Shown here: one piece after another, positions 41,750 to 52,208 of the stretch | Position numbering within the stretch: position 1 is the stretch's first letter | Layout: each line of letters opens with the position of its first letter | NCBI GenBank assembly: GCA_029838195.1 | Contig: JALGVJ010000012.1 | Coordinates: 47,732-111,731, forward strand | Length of the DNA stretch: 64,000 nucleotides | Reading direction: 5' to 3' | Source of the DNA: Promethearchaeota archaeon | GTDB taxonomy: Archaea > Asgardarchaeota > Lokiarchaeia > Sigyniarchaeales > SOKP01 | The notes under the pieces: model-generated | The model's input: the letters and a program-made list of their open reading frames with translations, nothing else | Database searches by the model: none | Told to the model about the DNA's origin: nothing | Translations under genes and position numbers: made by a program

Positions 41750-41852
41750 CCGTATTTACCTTCCAAACCATGCCAAAAAAAAATAATGAAATAGTTAAAA
41801 TGAGAGACAACTTTTTTCAACCCAATTCAAAAAATAGTAATTTTTAGTTAAC

Positions 41853-43811
41853 CTACATGCGTGAAGCGCAGTTAAAATGGCTTCTATTTATCCAAACAGT
41901 CATTTCTCCCGCGCCCCGATGGGCCCAAGCATAATATGGAATAGCAATAAAGTCATGTTCTTTTTTAGAAGTTCCATTTTCCTGATAATTTAGCTTACCT
42001 TTAATTATTTTAATACCATTCAATAAATCTTTTCTAAATTCGGAAGTCAACCCGTTAGAATCAGGTAAAAATGCGTTTTCAAAATCTTTAAAATGGTTAT
42101 CAGGCCATTCTAAGCAATATACTAAAGGTCCTCGTTCGAGAGCAACTTTTCCTAAATTAAATTTCACTTTCTCATTGGATATAACTCTTCTTGTGGGCAT
42201 AGACATCAATATTCCAATTTGATCTCCTTTTTTCCATTCTCTGGAAAGAATGGCATATCCATTCTCAGAATTATAATCCATTTTTTTTCCATTTACCTTG
42301 ATGATGACATTTTGAGTGTTAGTTTCCAGATAATGGTATAAATCACTTGGCACGGGGTTATTTTTTGCCCAACCGGGAATTCTTAGTGCTATATCGAAAG
42401 AAGTTTGGTGACTTGGATTAATTTTAAAATTAATCTTCCCTTCCCATGGATAATTTGTTTCTTGAATTATTGAAAGAGAAATGTTATCAGAAATTGCAAA
42501 AGTAGCTTTACTATTAATATAGAGATTAATAAATAACCGATCATTCATAAGAGCATACACGTAGCCTGAGATCATGGGAATGAAACGAGTTATATTAGAT
42601 GGACAACAAGCGCATGAATACCACGGCCGCCTTTTGTCATTACCCTTGGATGCTAAAGGATTCGTGTAAAAAAATCTCTTTCCATCTAGAGAATATCCCG
42701 CCAGAAATCCGTTATATAAGGTGCGTTCTAACACGTCTATATATTTTGAATCTCCATGTAATAAGAATAAGCGATGACTCCAAAAAATTAAACCGATAGC
42801 CGCACAAGTTTCGTTATAAGCATCTAAATTCGGCAAGTGATATGCTTTTCCAAATGCTTCTCCAATGGGTTCATTACCAACACCACCAGTTATATACAAT
42901 TTTCTAAAAACAACATCTTGCCATAATTTTTCATGAATTTTGATATATTCTTTAGTATTTGTTAAAACACCCACATCTAATATGGCACAATACATGTATA
43001 AAGCGCGAACTGCGTGGCCGATAGCTTCTTCTTGTTCAATAACTTTCGCATGAGTTTGGTTATATTTAAATCGATCTTCTCCTTTCCAAGGGAATTGATT
43101 TTTTGATCTTTCAATATATTCATGATAACCTTTTCTTTGTTTATCTCCTCGAATTTCTAAGAAAAATTTTGCTAAATCTAAATATTTTTTCTCCCCCATT
43201 TGCCCGAATAATTTCACCAATCCAATTTCAATTTCTTGATGTCCTGGAGGACTCTCAATTTTTCCGCGGCCAAATTCTTTAGCTACTAAATTAGCATTTT
43301 TGATAGCTTCATTCAATAAAGTTGATTTACCCGTTGCTTTAAAATGAGCTACAGCAGCTTCATATAAATGTCCCACATTATATAATTCATGACTAAAAAT
43401 AGAAACCAATTCCCAACGCTTCTTGCCGGCCCAAGGATGAGGATTATGGGAATTTATAGTTCGATTAGTATATAAATATCCATCATCTTCTTGAGCGGCA
43501 GCAATTTTTTCAATAATATCATCAACCTTTCTTTCTAAATTGGGATCGGCTTGAGTTTTTAAAACATGCGCCGCTCCTTCTAAGATTTTATACACATCAG
43601 AATCATCAAAAGGAAATTTAGAAGTTTTCCCTCCTTTTTTTAAACCTCCCGCAATGGCAAAATTATCAATCCTATGGGTTTTTTCACACTTGTTCAAAAC
43701 ATGAGATAGCGTTTTTTCACGGTGAATTTTAATTCGTGGAGCCCAAAATCCCCCCGTTATTTCTACCTCATGAAAAGGAATGGCTGTTATTGGATAATCT
43801 GAATGTTTCAT
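41853..43811 (-). CDS. GH127 beta-L-arabinofuranosidase-like glycoside hydrolase
   Basis: DSDVYK, HELY, GHQEIE, GHAVRA, YNETCA, CACCP, IPYYAW. Confidence 0.92.
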   Translation of the reverse strand: MKHSDYPITAIPFHEVEITGGFWAPRIKIHREKTLSHVLNKCEKTHRIDNFAIAGGLKKGGKTSKFPFDDSDVYKILEGAAHVLKTQADPNLERKVDDIIEKIAAAQEDDGYLYTNRTINSHNPHPWAGKKRWELVSIFSHELYNVGHLYEAAVAHFKATGKSTLLNEAIKNANLVAKEFGRGKIESPPGHQEIEIGLVKLFGQMGEKKYLDLAKFFLEIRGDKQRKGYHEYIERSKNQFPWKGEDRFKYNQTHAKVIEQEEAIGHAVRALYMYCAILDVGVLTNTKEYIKIHEKLWQDVVFRKLYITGGVGNEPIGEAFGKAYHLPNLDAYNETCAAIGLIFWSHRLFLLHGDSKYIDVLERTLYNGFLAGYSLDGKRFFYTNPLASKGNDKRRPWYSCACCPSNITRFIPMISGYVYALMNDRLFINLYINSKATFAISDNISLSIIQETNYPWEGKINFKINPSHQTSFDIALRIPGWAKNNPVPSDLYHYLETNTQNVIIKVNGKKMDYNSENGYAILSREWKKGDQIGILMSMPTRRVISNEKVKFNLGKVALERGPLVYCLEWPDNHFKDFENAFLPDSNGLTSEFRKDLLNGIKIIKGKLNYQENGTSKKEHDFIAIPYYAWAHRGAGEMTVWINRSHFNCASRM

Positions 43812-43976
43812 GCATGTTTTCTCCAGGAAAAATTAATTTTTAATAAAAATAATGAAATTTTACAGGGGAAACGGTTATTGAAATAAAAATTTATTGTTTT
43901 AGTCAATAAGAACATGGTATATATTAATAAATTAAATGAGTAAAAATTTTGACCCGTTTTAATTTTTAGGATCCTA

Positions 43977-44055
43977 CAGAAAATTTCAGTTTTCTGAGAA
44001 ATTAATTTTATATCCTCAGGATATATAAAAATTACCGTGAAATTTCGGTTTCACG
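43977..44055. promoter_or_regulatory. Three inverted repeats in the divergent GH127/activase intergenic region
   Basis: CAGAAAA-tttcag-TTTTCTG; TATATCCT-c-AGGATATA; CGTGAAA-tttcgg-TTTCACG. Confidence 0.45.
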
Positions 44056-44258
44056 AATCCAAGGGAAAAATTATTAAAAATTCAAGGTTAACAAAAATTC
44101 GATTCAAGGACTCCTTTTCTTCTTATTAAAAAAAGAGAGTTAAAATCAAGTAGTTTATTTTCATTATCACAAGATTGAAGAAGAATAAAATATTTTCCAC
44201 ATTAAGATTTTAATATAGAAAGAAAAAAATGATAATTTTTTTAAACTGATGGATTCTC

Positions 44259-45281
44259 ATGCTTGAATCAGTGGAAAAAAAAAGAAAATTGCGCGGCCTT
44301 ATTTTTGAAATTCAAAAGATGTCTACGGAAGATGGTCCGGGCATTCGAACTACAGTATTCTTCAAGCAATGTCCACTAAGATGTGCCTGGTGCCATAACC
44401 CAGAATCTATATTAAAAAGAAAACAAGTAGAATGGTTTAAACACAAGTGTATTGGATGCAAAATCTGCATTGAAACTTGTAAGCAAGGAGCCATATCGTT
44501 CACTGAAAAAGGATTACATGTAGATCATGAGAAATGTAAAGGATGTGGACGTTGCGTGGAAGAGTGCCCAAGTACTGCCTTGCACATGTTTGGCAAGGAA
44601 TATACCCTTGAGGAACTTTTTCATGAGATAAATAAGGATATCGTATATTACAAAAAATCAAAGGGTGGCATCACGGTATCAGGAGGCGAACCTACTTTAC
44701 AAGCTGAATTTGTAGTTAAATTTTTAGAGAAATGCAAGGAAAATGGCATATCAACGGCGTTAGATACGTGCGGATATGCCTCTCAAAAGATATATGAAAA
44801 GATCTTACCTCATGTAGATCTTGTCTTGTATGACATAAAAGAAATTGATCCCATAAAACATCAGCAATTTACTGGGGTTTCAAACGAGTTAATTTTAGAA
44901 AATGCCATTTGGATTGCAAACTACATGAAACAAAATAATAAAACAATGTGGATTCGAACACCAATTATTCCTCGATTTACTGCTTCTGAAGAAAACATTA
45001 GAGGTATTGGTGAATTTATTGTAGAGAAATTGAATAATATTCCAGAGCGCTGGGATTTATTAAGTTTTAATAATCTTTGTACCACTAAATATGAGAGGTT
45101 AGGAATGGACTGGTGTTTAAAAGATGAGCCATTAATGGAAAAGGAAGAAATAGAACGGTTATTTGAAATTGCCAAGAGCACCGGCGTCAAAAATGTAAAG
45201 TGGTCGGGTTTGACTAAAAAACCAGAATATTTAGAAGAAGTAACGCAAGAAGAAAAAGCTCCAAAATTTAAATCTTGCTGA
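44259..45281 (+). CDS. Glycyl-radical enzyme activating protein (radical SAM with 2x[4Fe-4S] insert)
   Basis: DGPGIRTTVF, CPLRCAWCHNPE, two CxxCxxCxxxC, SGGEP, DTCG. Confidence 0.93.
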   Translation: MLESVEKKRKLRGLIFEIQKMSTEDGPGIRTTVFFKQCPLRCAWCHNPESILKRKQVEWFKHKCIGCKICIETCKQGAISFTEKGLHVDHEKCKGCGRCVEECPSTALHMFGKEYTLEELFHEINKDIVYYKKSKGGITVSGGEPTLQAEFVVKFLEKCKENGISTALDTCGYASQKIYEKILPHVDLVLYDIKEIDPIKHQQFTGVSNELILENAIWIANYMKQNNKTMWIRTPIIPRFTASEENIRGIGEFIVEKLNNIPERWDLLSFNNLCTTKYERLGMDWCLKDEPLMEKEEIERLFEIAKSTGVKNVKWSGLTKKPEYLEEVTQEEKAPKFKSC

Positions 45282-45475
45282 GGTTTTATTTGCCATTTTT
45301 TTTTTCACGTGAAAACGTACGAGATCCATTGCATTTAATTCGTAATTTTTTCACTTTTTTTCTTTTACATGAATGGAAACCAATATCTATTAATTATGTG
45401 AAGTAATTATGTTATTTAAAAGAGTTAAATTGAAAACCTTTTAGTGGATAAAAAATAATCATTCGAGGAATTAAA

Positions 45476-46360
45476 ATGGAAAAAAGAACCAAAATGAATA
45501 ATTGGCTTTCTGAAGCTTCAGAAGAGGCAATCCAATTTACCCAGCCGGACATAATGCTTAAACTCATAGCGACCATAGATGAGAGAGGATGGCCACACAT
45601 AACAATGATTTCAAGCAATAAAATAATTGATCCTCATACAATTGTATGGGGCGCTTTTACGGAGGGACAAAGTAAAAAGAACGTGTTAAAAAATAATAAA
45701 CAAGGGATCTTTTACATGACTGCTGAGATGCCCTTTAAATTCTTACAAGTAAAAGCAGAGTTCGAAAATATTAAAAAAGAAGGACCTGAATTAGAGGAAT
45801 TTAATAAGTCTCAATTGATGAGATACTTTACTTATGTGAGAGTACATACAGCTTATTATAATAAGATTGTAGGAGTAACAAAAGTGAGAAATTTGTCGCT
45901 AAGCGGAATCATCACGGGAATCATTAAAGACATAATTGGAAAAGGAGGTGCTAAAACAGGATTAGCGGAAAAACGTTTAAATGTCATTGGATATAGGCTA
46001 TTTACGGCACCAATCGCAGTAAGAGCCCTTGCATATATAGATCCTAAAGATGGTTATCCTGTTATTATCCCTTGCATTCCATTACAAGCCGCAGATCATA
46101 ATAGATTGGTTTTTCCATTGAGTTCATTGAAGAAGGATCTCTTGAAAATACCTGTTAATTCTCAGGTCGCGGTGTTTTGCATGAATTTTGATTTCGCTAA
46201 CCAAGTAGTAAAGGGTCCTTATAAAGGAATAAAGAGATTTAGAGGGATTAAATTTGGCGTGATAGAAATCGAAGAAGTTTATAATTCAGCTCCACCCGTT
46301 AGTGGGCCTGTTTATCCAAAACTGTATACCCGTCCCAAAATTTCTAAGTTTAAATACTAA
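45476..46360 (+). CDS. Tandem pyridoxamine 5'-phosphate oxidase-like (split-barrel) protein
   Basis: IATIDERGWPHIT and LAYIDPKDGYP start two similar halves. Confidence 0.7.
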   Translation: MEKRTKMNNWLSEASEEAIQFTQPDIMLKLIATIDERGWPHITMISSNKIIDPHTIVWGAFTEGQSKKNVLKNNKQGIFYMTAEMPFKFLQVKAEFENIKKEGPELEEFNKSQLMRYFTYVRVHTAYYNKIVGVTKVRNLSLSGIITGIIKDIIGKGGAKTGLAEKRLNVIGYRLFTAPIAVRALAYIDPKDGYPVIIPCIPLQAADHNRLVFPLSSLKKDLLKIPVNSQVAVFCMNFDFANQVVKGPYKGIKRFRGIKFGVIEIEEVYNSAPPVSGPVYPKLYTRPKISKFKY

Positions 46361-46422
46361 CTCTTTTTTCCGATTTTTTTCCCTTGATTTAAATTTCTAC
46401 TACATGATTTTTATAATTCCGC

Positions 46423-47166
46423 ATGAAGTTCAATCCTGGGCAATTTGGGTTAAAAAAATCATATTTATATGAAGTATTGGCAACAACTTTTTCAATTCAT
46501 GAAGAAACAAATCGCATTATTCCCAATACTTCTTGCATGGGAATTCGCCTCCATGAAGGAAATTTAATTCAAATGAAACCTTATCCTTCTAGCCAAACAT
46601 TCAAGAATATTGAGGCAAACAACCTAATTGGTATTAATTTCGTGGATGATATTTACTTATATGCTCTGGCTGCCTTAAAAGAGCCTCATTCAAAATTTTC
46701 TATTATTCAGTTTCCTGAAATCTATTATGATTATCTTGACGTGAATGACGTCGTTAAAAATGGGAATCTGCTGAAAAGCAATTTAATAGAAAAGGTGGCG
46801 AAGTTCCCTATTCTTAAAGATGCTTGGAGTGTTCTGATCTGTAAAAAAATTCAAGAAAGTGAAGAGTTTCGAGAAGATCAAGTAGGAAAATTACGATTGA
46901 AAAATTTCTTACTTAAAATCATTTATTTCAAGAAACAAAAAGAAAGTTATAAATTATTTAATAGAGCAGAAAATTTGGTATTAGAAAATCTCATTTTAGC
47001 TACACGCTTAAAGGTTGCTCGGCAAAATAATAACGAGAAGTTGTTTCATGACCTTTACGAAAAAATAATAACATCCATGAAAGATATCATGGGATTTTGT
47101 AAAAATAAAGAAGCACTCAAATCGCTTGATTTAATTAGGGAATATATAAATTATTGGAAGCTATAA
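46423..47166 (+). CDS. DUF447 family protein
   Basis: YEVLATT, PNTSCMGI, SQTFKNI, FNRAENLVLE. Confidence 0.75.
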   Translation: MKFNPGQFGLKKSYLYEVLATTFSIHEETNRIIPNTSCMGIRLHEGNLIQMKPYPSSQTFKNIEANNLIGINFVDDIYLYALAALKEPHSKFSIIQFPEIYYDYLDVNDVVKNGNLLKSNLIEKVAKFPILKDAWSVLICKKIQESEEFREDQVGKLRLKNFLLKIIYFKKQKESYKLFNRAENLVLENLILATRLKVARQNNNEKLFHDLYEKIITSMKDIMGFCKNKEALKSLDLIREYINYWKL

Positions 47167-47168
47167 AT

Positions 47169-47567
47169 TTATTCTTCTAATTGCGTTATCTTTTCTATGT
47201 ACATCAAGGGATAATTTAAATCTTCTTTCCATTCTACTCTTGCAATGATCCTTGTTTTTTGATATTTTAAAATAACCATTGCTTTGATGATTTCACCCGA
47301 AATTTCGTCATAATCAAAAATATCGGTTTTAGTCCCTTTTATCTTACTTTTATCTAATTCAATATTCACGGATTCCACATGAGGTTGACAAGAAATGGCC
47401 GCTTCAATTCCTCTCTCTATTGAAGCTATTATATTTTCATTTAAAGCCACTGGAATTCCACAGAGAACATGATAAAGTGCTCCAAGCTTAATTCCTGCTT
47501 CGAAACAAGCCCTTTCTCTTTCTGAGAGATCCGATGCAAAATACTTGTCACTTTTTTTACTTGACAT
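47169..47567 (-). CDS. mptD: Archaeal dihydroneopterin aldolase (DUF381)
   Basis: ERACFEAGIKLGALYH, QPHVE, LNYPLMYI. Confidence 0.9.
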   Translation of the reverse strand: MSSKKSDKYFASDLSERERACFEAGIKLGALYHVLCGIPVALNENIIASIERGIEAAISCQPHVESVNIELDKSKIKGTKTDIFDYDEISGEIIKAMVILKYQKTRIIARVEWKEDLNYPLMYIEKITQLEE

Positions 47568-47574
47568 GTTTACA

Positions 47575-48609
47575 TCAATCTTTATTAATATACTTTACTT
47601 TAGCGCCATTATTATTTGGTTTCGATAGATAAATATGTTCTCCATTTCTCCCAAGTTTTTCCTCCACGGCTTTTTTGACTTCTAAAGCCTCTTCATCCGA
47701 TTCGGTGATAGCAATTACACTCGGTCCGAACGATGACATAGCATGGGCTTTCGTTCCATATTCCTCAAAAAATGTAAGTAGATCTTTTACAATTTGATCT
47801 TGCATGCTAATTTCAATTTTTTTAAACCCGATATTTTGAATTCGTTTTAACCCTTGACCAAAACATTCCAAATCATTCTTGATAATCCCGGGTAAAATTT
47901 TCATAAGAATTTGATGAGATACTTCATTTACTTCTTCTTTTGGAATGGGAGTACAATTTTGGAAAATGCTAACTTCTTCATCTCCATATGCTCCTTTTTT
48001 CACATTAGGAATCACGAGAACAAAACGCCAATTTTCCGGTATGGGATATCTTAAAATCGTAAGTGCTGGATTCGCATCTTGAGAAGCTGAGGAGGGCAGA
48101 AATGATTCTTTTTCTTTTCCTTTTCCAAAATCGTGGCCCGCATCCAAAATAAATCCGCCTTCTTCAAATCCTTTCCATCCAATGCCTGATGTACCCCCTC
48201 TCCCTACGATTTTTGTTAACGTGCGAATGGAGATCTCTTTTTTTTTTAATATCGCAATCGCTAATGCTACTGCTAAACTTAATTGAGTTTTTGATCCTAG
48301 TCCCACGTGGGATGGATAATAACGTCTAAGATTAAAGCGAAAATTTTTATTACTGATATTAAAAGCTTTAAAGACGCGAGAGGCTTTTTCATTAATTACT
48401 TCAATAGATTCTCGATAATATTTATTCGCTTTAATTTGAAATTCATCCGAATCATTACTCGCTTCAAATACAACATTAGGACGATCTAACATTAGACCAA
48501 TTCCTCCATCCACCCGTCCCGTATATCCATTCTCATCAATCAGAGAGAGATGAATTCTACAAGGCGTAGTAATACGGATGAAATTACCACTACCTTTCTC
48601 AATTAGCAT
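47575..48609 (-). CDS. mptG: beta-ribofuranosylaminobenzene 5'-phosphate synthase (GHMP fold)
   Basis: TPCRIHLSLID, RVDGGIG, HVGLGSKTQ, GRGGTSGIG, SSFGP. Confidence 0.9.
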   Translation of the reverse strand: MLIEKGSGNFIRITTPCRIHLSLIDENGYTGRVDGGIGLMLDRPNVVFEASNDSDEFQIKANKYYRESIEVINEKASRVFKAFNISNKNFRFNLRRYYPSHVGLGSKTQLSLAVALAIAILKKKEISIRTLTKIVGRGGTSGIGWKGFEEGGFILDAGHDFGKGKEKESFLPSSASQDANPALTILRYPIPENWRFVLVIPNVKKGAYGDEEVSIFQNCTPIPKEEVNEVSHQILMKILPGIIKNDLECFGQGLKRIQNIGFKKIEISMQDQIVKDLLTFFEEYGTKAHAMSSFGPSVIAITESDEEALEVKKAVEEKLGRNGEHIYLSKPNNNGAKVKYINKD

Positions 48610-48714
48610 CTTTTTTCCATTTTCTCAGAACTTTTTAACTAATACCAAGGTCATGTCATATAATTAGATACTATCAAAAAAAGTTTGGGATTGTTCTAGG
48701 AATTTCTCTCATGA

Positions 48715-50832
48715 TTAAATTAAGAAAATAAGCATGGCACCAAAATGAATGATTCCTCCAATTAATAGAGCAATGGCGATTTCCATTAAAGAGATTTGAA
48801 TGGCATATTTCCAATTGGTCTGCCGAGCAATGATGATGATAGTGGCGAAACATGGAACGTAAAGCATCGTAACTAAAGCAAACGTAATCATTTGTATAGG
48901 TGTTAATAATTCAATGATACTTAATCCAAGAGAGGTCGCTAAGATACTAAGAAGGACTAAAGTCAGTTCTTTTCTAAGAATACCATAAAGCAAGAATACT
49001 CCCGTGATGGCAGGCAATCCTAACCAAAATACCGTGATGGGAGATAAAATGAAATTTATTGGTTCTAAAGCATTTAAAATCAAGGCAATTTCTAACAAGA
49101 TGCCGATAATAACGATTAAAGGCATAGATTTTAGTACAAATTCTTTAGTCCGCATCCATGTCTGTTTAAGGATGACCCCATAATTAGGAATGCGATATTC
49201 ATGCATTTCCATTATTAATTCTGTGCATTCGCCCGGCATTATTTTGTTTAAAATTTTCCCAAAAATAATCACGATGGTTAAATTAATGATTAAAAGGATG
49301 AGTACCCAAGTTAATCCTAAATATCTCCCTACTAATCCTAAAACAACTGTCATAACTGCCGCACATGGTATGAGAGATGTGAGGGCAATAGATATTTTTT
49401 TTTCTCTCTCTGTTTCCATTATCCTACAACCCGCACATGCAGGTACATTACATCCAAATCCTAATATCATGGGAATGATGGTTTTTCCATGAACCCCAAT
49501 GAAGTGCATGAAGCTGTCCATTAAAAAGGCTGCTCTTGGAAGATACCCGGAATCTTGTAAGATTTCAATCACCAAGAAAAAAGGAACGACATACACCAAC
49601 ACGCCCCCAATAGCTCCAAAGAATCCTCCTACAGCCCCGTCCCAAAAAATTATTACCACAAGATTTTCCGTACCATATGTTGTATAGACTTGTTCGCTCA
49701 ATGTCTCATAATATCCCTCCATTAATCCACCCAAATAATCACCTATCGTAAAAGTAAAAGTATAAATGCCGATTATCACGAGCACGAGGATAAAATACCC
49801 CCAAACAGAGTGGGTCGTAATATGATCTAATTTATCTGCAAACGTTTGTATTTTTATATCTTTTTTTGATTTTTGGATGAGGACTTTATCAATAACATTA
49901 TTTATATTATTGTAAATCTCTGATGATATGATGGTATGAATATCTTCTCCATGTAGCACCTCCAATTCCTCTCTGAATTTAACCACGGATTTCAAAATTT
50001 CTTCCGCCTGCTCTATATTTGAGATTAATTTAACGATTTCCTCATCATTTTCCAATAATTTAATGGCTAAGAATCTAGGGGGATATTTTACATCCTTTAA
50101 TACATTGCCTAATTTTTCTATTTTCGTTTTTAGAATCTTTATTTTGCTTTCTACTTCTCTTCCAAAGGAAGTGATTTTTGATAAGTCGGGAAATGGATAG
50201 GCATCCTTAAAAACTGAGGTAAAATTTTCAATTTCTAATTGAGAGAAAGAAGGTTCCACGTGAAAACGTCTTGAGATATCACGAGATTTTTCATGATTAT
50301 GATAATTCACTGCTCTTTTGTACACGACCATTTGAATTGCTTCTTCAAGTAATTGATGTACTCCTATTCCATGAACTGCGACTACGGGTAATACCGGAAA
50401 TTTAAACATATTTTGGAATTTTGCAAAATCGATATCCATATTCCGTTTTCTCAAGATGTCCATTTGATTAATTGCAAGAATCATCGGAATTTTTAGGTCT
50501 AATAATTGAAAAGTTAAGAAGAGATTTCGCTCCAAGTTGGTTACATCAATGACGTTAATTATTAGGTCTACTTCCCCAGAAATGATATATTCCCTACTAA
50601 CAATTTCTTCTAATGAATAGGTAGATAAACTATAGATTCCTGGAAGATCGACAATATTAAAATGAAATCCCAAAAAATCAAGATGTCCTTCCATTTTTTC
50701 CACCGTTTTTCCGGGCCAATTTCCTATTGTTTGGGATAAGCCCGTTAGTTGATTAAAAATAACCGATTTTCCCACGTTAGGATTACCCGCGAGTGCAATA
50801 TTTATCGAGCGTTTAGTGGAAAAATCTTTCAT
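48715..50832 (-). CDS. feoB: Ferrous iron transporter FeoB
   Basis: GNPNVGKS, GNWPGKTVE, DLPGIY, GFGCNVP, LYVPC; start taken as ATG 50832 (frame open to 50901). Confidence 0.95.
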   Translation of the reverse strand: MKDFSTKRSINIALAGNPNVGKSVIFNQLTGLSQTIGNWPGKTVEKMEGHLDFLGFHFNIVDLPGIYSLSTYSLEEIVSREYIISGEVDLIINVIDVTNLERNLFLTFQLLDLKIPMILAINQMDILRKRNMDIDFAKFQNMFKFPVLPVVAVHGIGVHQLLEEAIQMVVYKRAVNYHNHEKSRDISRRFHVEPSFSQLEIENFTSVFKDAYPFPDLSKITSFGREVESKIKILKTKIEKLGNVLKDVKYPPRFLAIKLLENDEEIVKLISNIEQAEEILKSVVKFREELEVLHGEDIHTIISSEIYNNINNVIDKVLIQKSKKDIKIQTFADKLDHITTHSVWGYFILVLVIIGIYTFTFTIGDYLGGLMEGYYETLSEQVYTTYGTENLVVIIFWDGAVGGFFGAIGGVLVYVVPFFLVIEILQDSGYLPRAAFLMDSFMHFIGVHGKTIIPMILGFGCNVPACAGCRIMETEREKKISIALTSLIPCAAVMTVVLGLVGRYLGLTWVLILLIINLTIVIIFGKILNKIMPGECTELIMEMHEYRIPNYGVILKQTWMRTKEFVLKSMPLIVIIGILLEIALILNALEPINFILSPITVFWLGLPAITGVFLLYGILRKELTLVLLSILATSLGLSIIELLTPIQMITFALVTMLYVPCFATIIIIARQTNWKYAIQISLMEIAIALLIGGIIHFGAMLIFLI

Positions 50833-51024
50833 TTTATTTTTTCTCGTTTGATTATTACTTAAATGTCTACAGGTTTTAATAAAAGGCATTTTAACCACCA
50901 ATTACTATTCCATGATTCATGTGATTTTCTAAATTAATAACAAGGTGTTTAATAAAATCTGGCATGACTCAAGCTTTTATTTATTATTCATATTTATTCC
51001 AATATAAAATTTTGAATAATTGAA

Positions 51025-51306
51025 TTAACTATAATTGACTAAGATTTTTGAAGCGATACCTCTACCCAATACCATGCAACTTCCCTTGACTTCGATTTCA
51101 ACTGGTCCTCGAAAAGGAGCAGCGCGCTTTTTGATAATTTCGACTCCAGGTACGATTCCTAAATTAGCTAAGCGTTGCTTGGCATTTAATCCGGCATTTA
51201 CTTTGCACACTTTTAACTTTCTTCCATTTTTACAATTAATTAATAAATTGGGTAAAGAATCTTCCCTAGAAGGCGTTGATTCTTTTTCAATGTTTTTACT
51301 TAACAT
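51025..51306 (-). CDS. feoA: FeoA
   Basis: RLANLGIVPG, APFRGPV, LGRGIA. Confidence 0.9.
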   Translation of the reverse strand: MLSKNIEKESTPSREDSLPNLLINCKNGRKLKVCKVNAGLNAKQRLANLGIVPGVEIIKKRAAPFRGPVEIEVKGSCMVLGRGIASKILVNYS

Positions 51307-51362
51307 TTTAACTCCTTAATGCTTTAATTCCAATTAATTAAATTATTGATTCTAAATAAATA

Positions 51363-51376
51363 TTAGGTTTACCTAA
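51363..51376. promoter_or_regulatory. DtxR/IdeR-like operator upstream of feoA-feoB
   Basis: Palindrome TTAGGT-TT-ACCTAA just downstream of a minus-strand TATA (TTTAAATA, ~51385-51392). Confidence 0.65.
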
Positions 51377-51729
51377 ATTGAATATATTTAAAAAAAATTT
51401 AATTATTAGATAAGCAGTTTTAATAAATAAGTAATAAATTATTAATTAAAATTAAAAATTAAATTATTCAAAATTGAAACTGTAAAAAGATTTTTTAGGG
51501 AAATATGATTCCCTTCTTGATAACAATAATTTCATTGAATATTTTGAAAATTATAGGGACTCTTTTAATCAATTTCTTAAAAACAAAACCTTTAAGATTG
51601 AGCACAACAATTTCATTATAAGATTAAAATGAGTATTTTTGACCAATCTTAGCATAAATTTCCCATAAAATGTGTTTAAGCTCCGTTCGAATAAAGGAAA
51701 ATAGATTGTAAAAGAAAAACAAAAATTAA

Positions 51730-52008
51730 TTAATCAAAATCTTTAACGCAATTTCCATTGCAATTAACTATAATCTTTGAAGCAATTCCCCTTCCTAAAG
51801 CGAGAGAGGTTCCTTTTACCTCAATTTCAACAGGACCTTGAAAGGGAGCTGCTTTTTTTTTAATGATTTTTACACCAGGTATAATTCCCAAATTAGCGAG
51901 CCTACTTTTTGCTTTCCGACCAGCATTAACTTGGATAACAGTTAATTCAGCACCATTTTCACATTCAGTAAGGCATTTAATTAAGGAAGTTTTTTGCCGT
52001 GAATTCAT
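51730..52008 (-). CDS. feoA: FeoA (second paralog)
   Basis: RLANLGIIPG, APFQGPV, LGRGIA. Confidence 0.9.
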   Translation of the reverse strand: MNSRQKTSLIKCLTECENGAELTVIQVNAGRKAKSRLANLGIIPGVKIIKKKAAPFQGPVEIEVKGTSLALGRGIASKIIVNCNGNCVKDFD

Positions 52009-52035
52009 TTTTAATAGGAGTTTAGAATAAGTAAT

Positions 52036-52049
52036 TTAGTTTTTCCTAG
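52036..52049. promoter_or_regulatory. Degenerate DtxR-like operator upstream of the second feoA
   Basis: TTAGTTTTTCCTAG next to a minus-strand TATA at 52051-52059. Confidence 0.45.
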
Positions 52050-52208
52050 ATATATATAATACTCCTTTCAATATAAAATCTTTCAGTAAAAAAGTAGAGA
52101 TAATAACTTTTATTTCAAGAATCAACTATATTAACATTAAATCCTTATAATAAGGGGAAAAAATAAAAAAAATTTTATAACTCGTGAAAAAACAACAATG
52201 GTTAAAAA

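Noticed and set aside
45273-45312. Activase C-terminus SC-TGA-G as a Cys-Sec-Gly motif
   Set aside because: The readthrough runs into a T-tract terminator and there is no SECIS evidence; a plain stop is simpler
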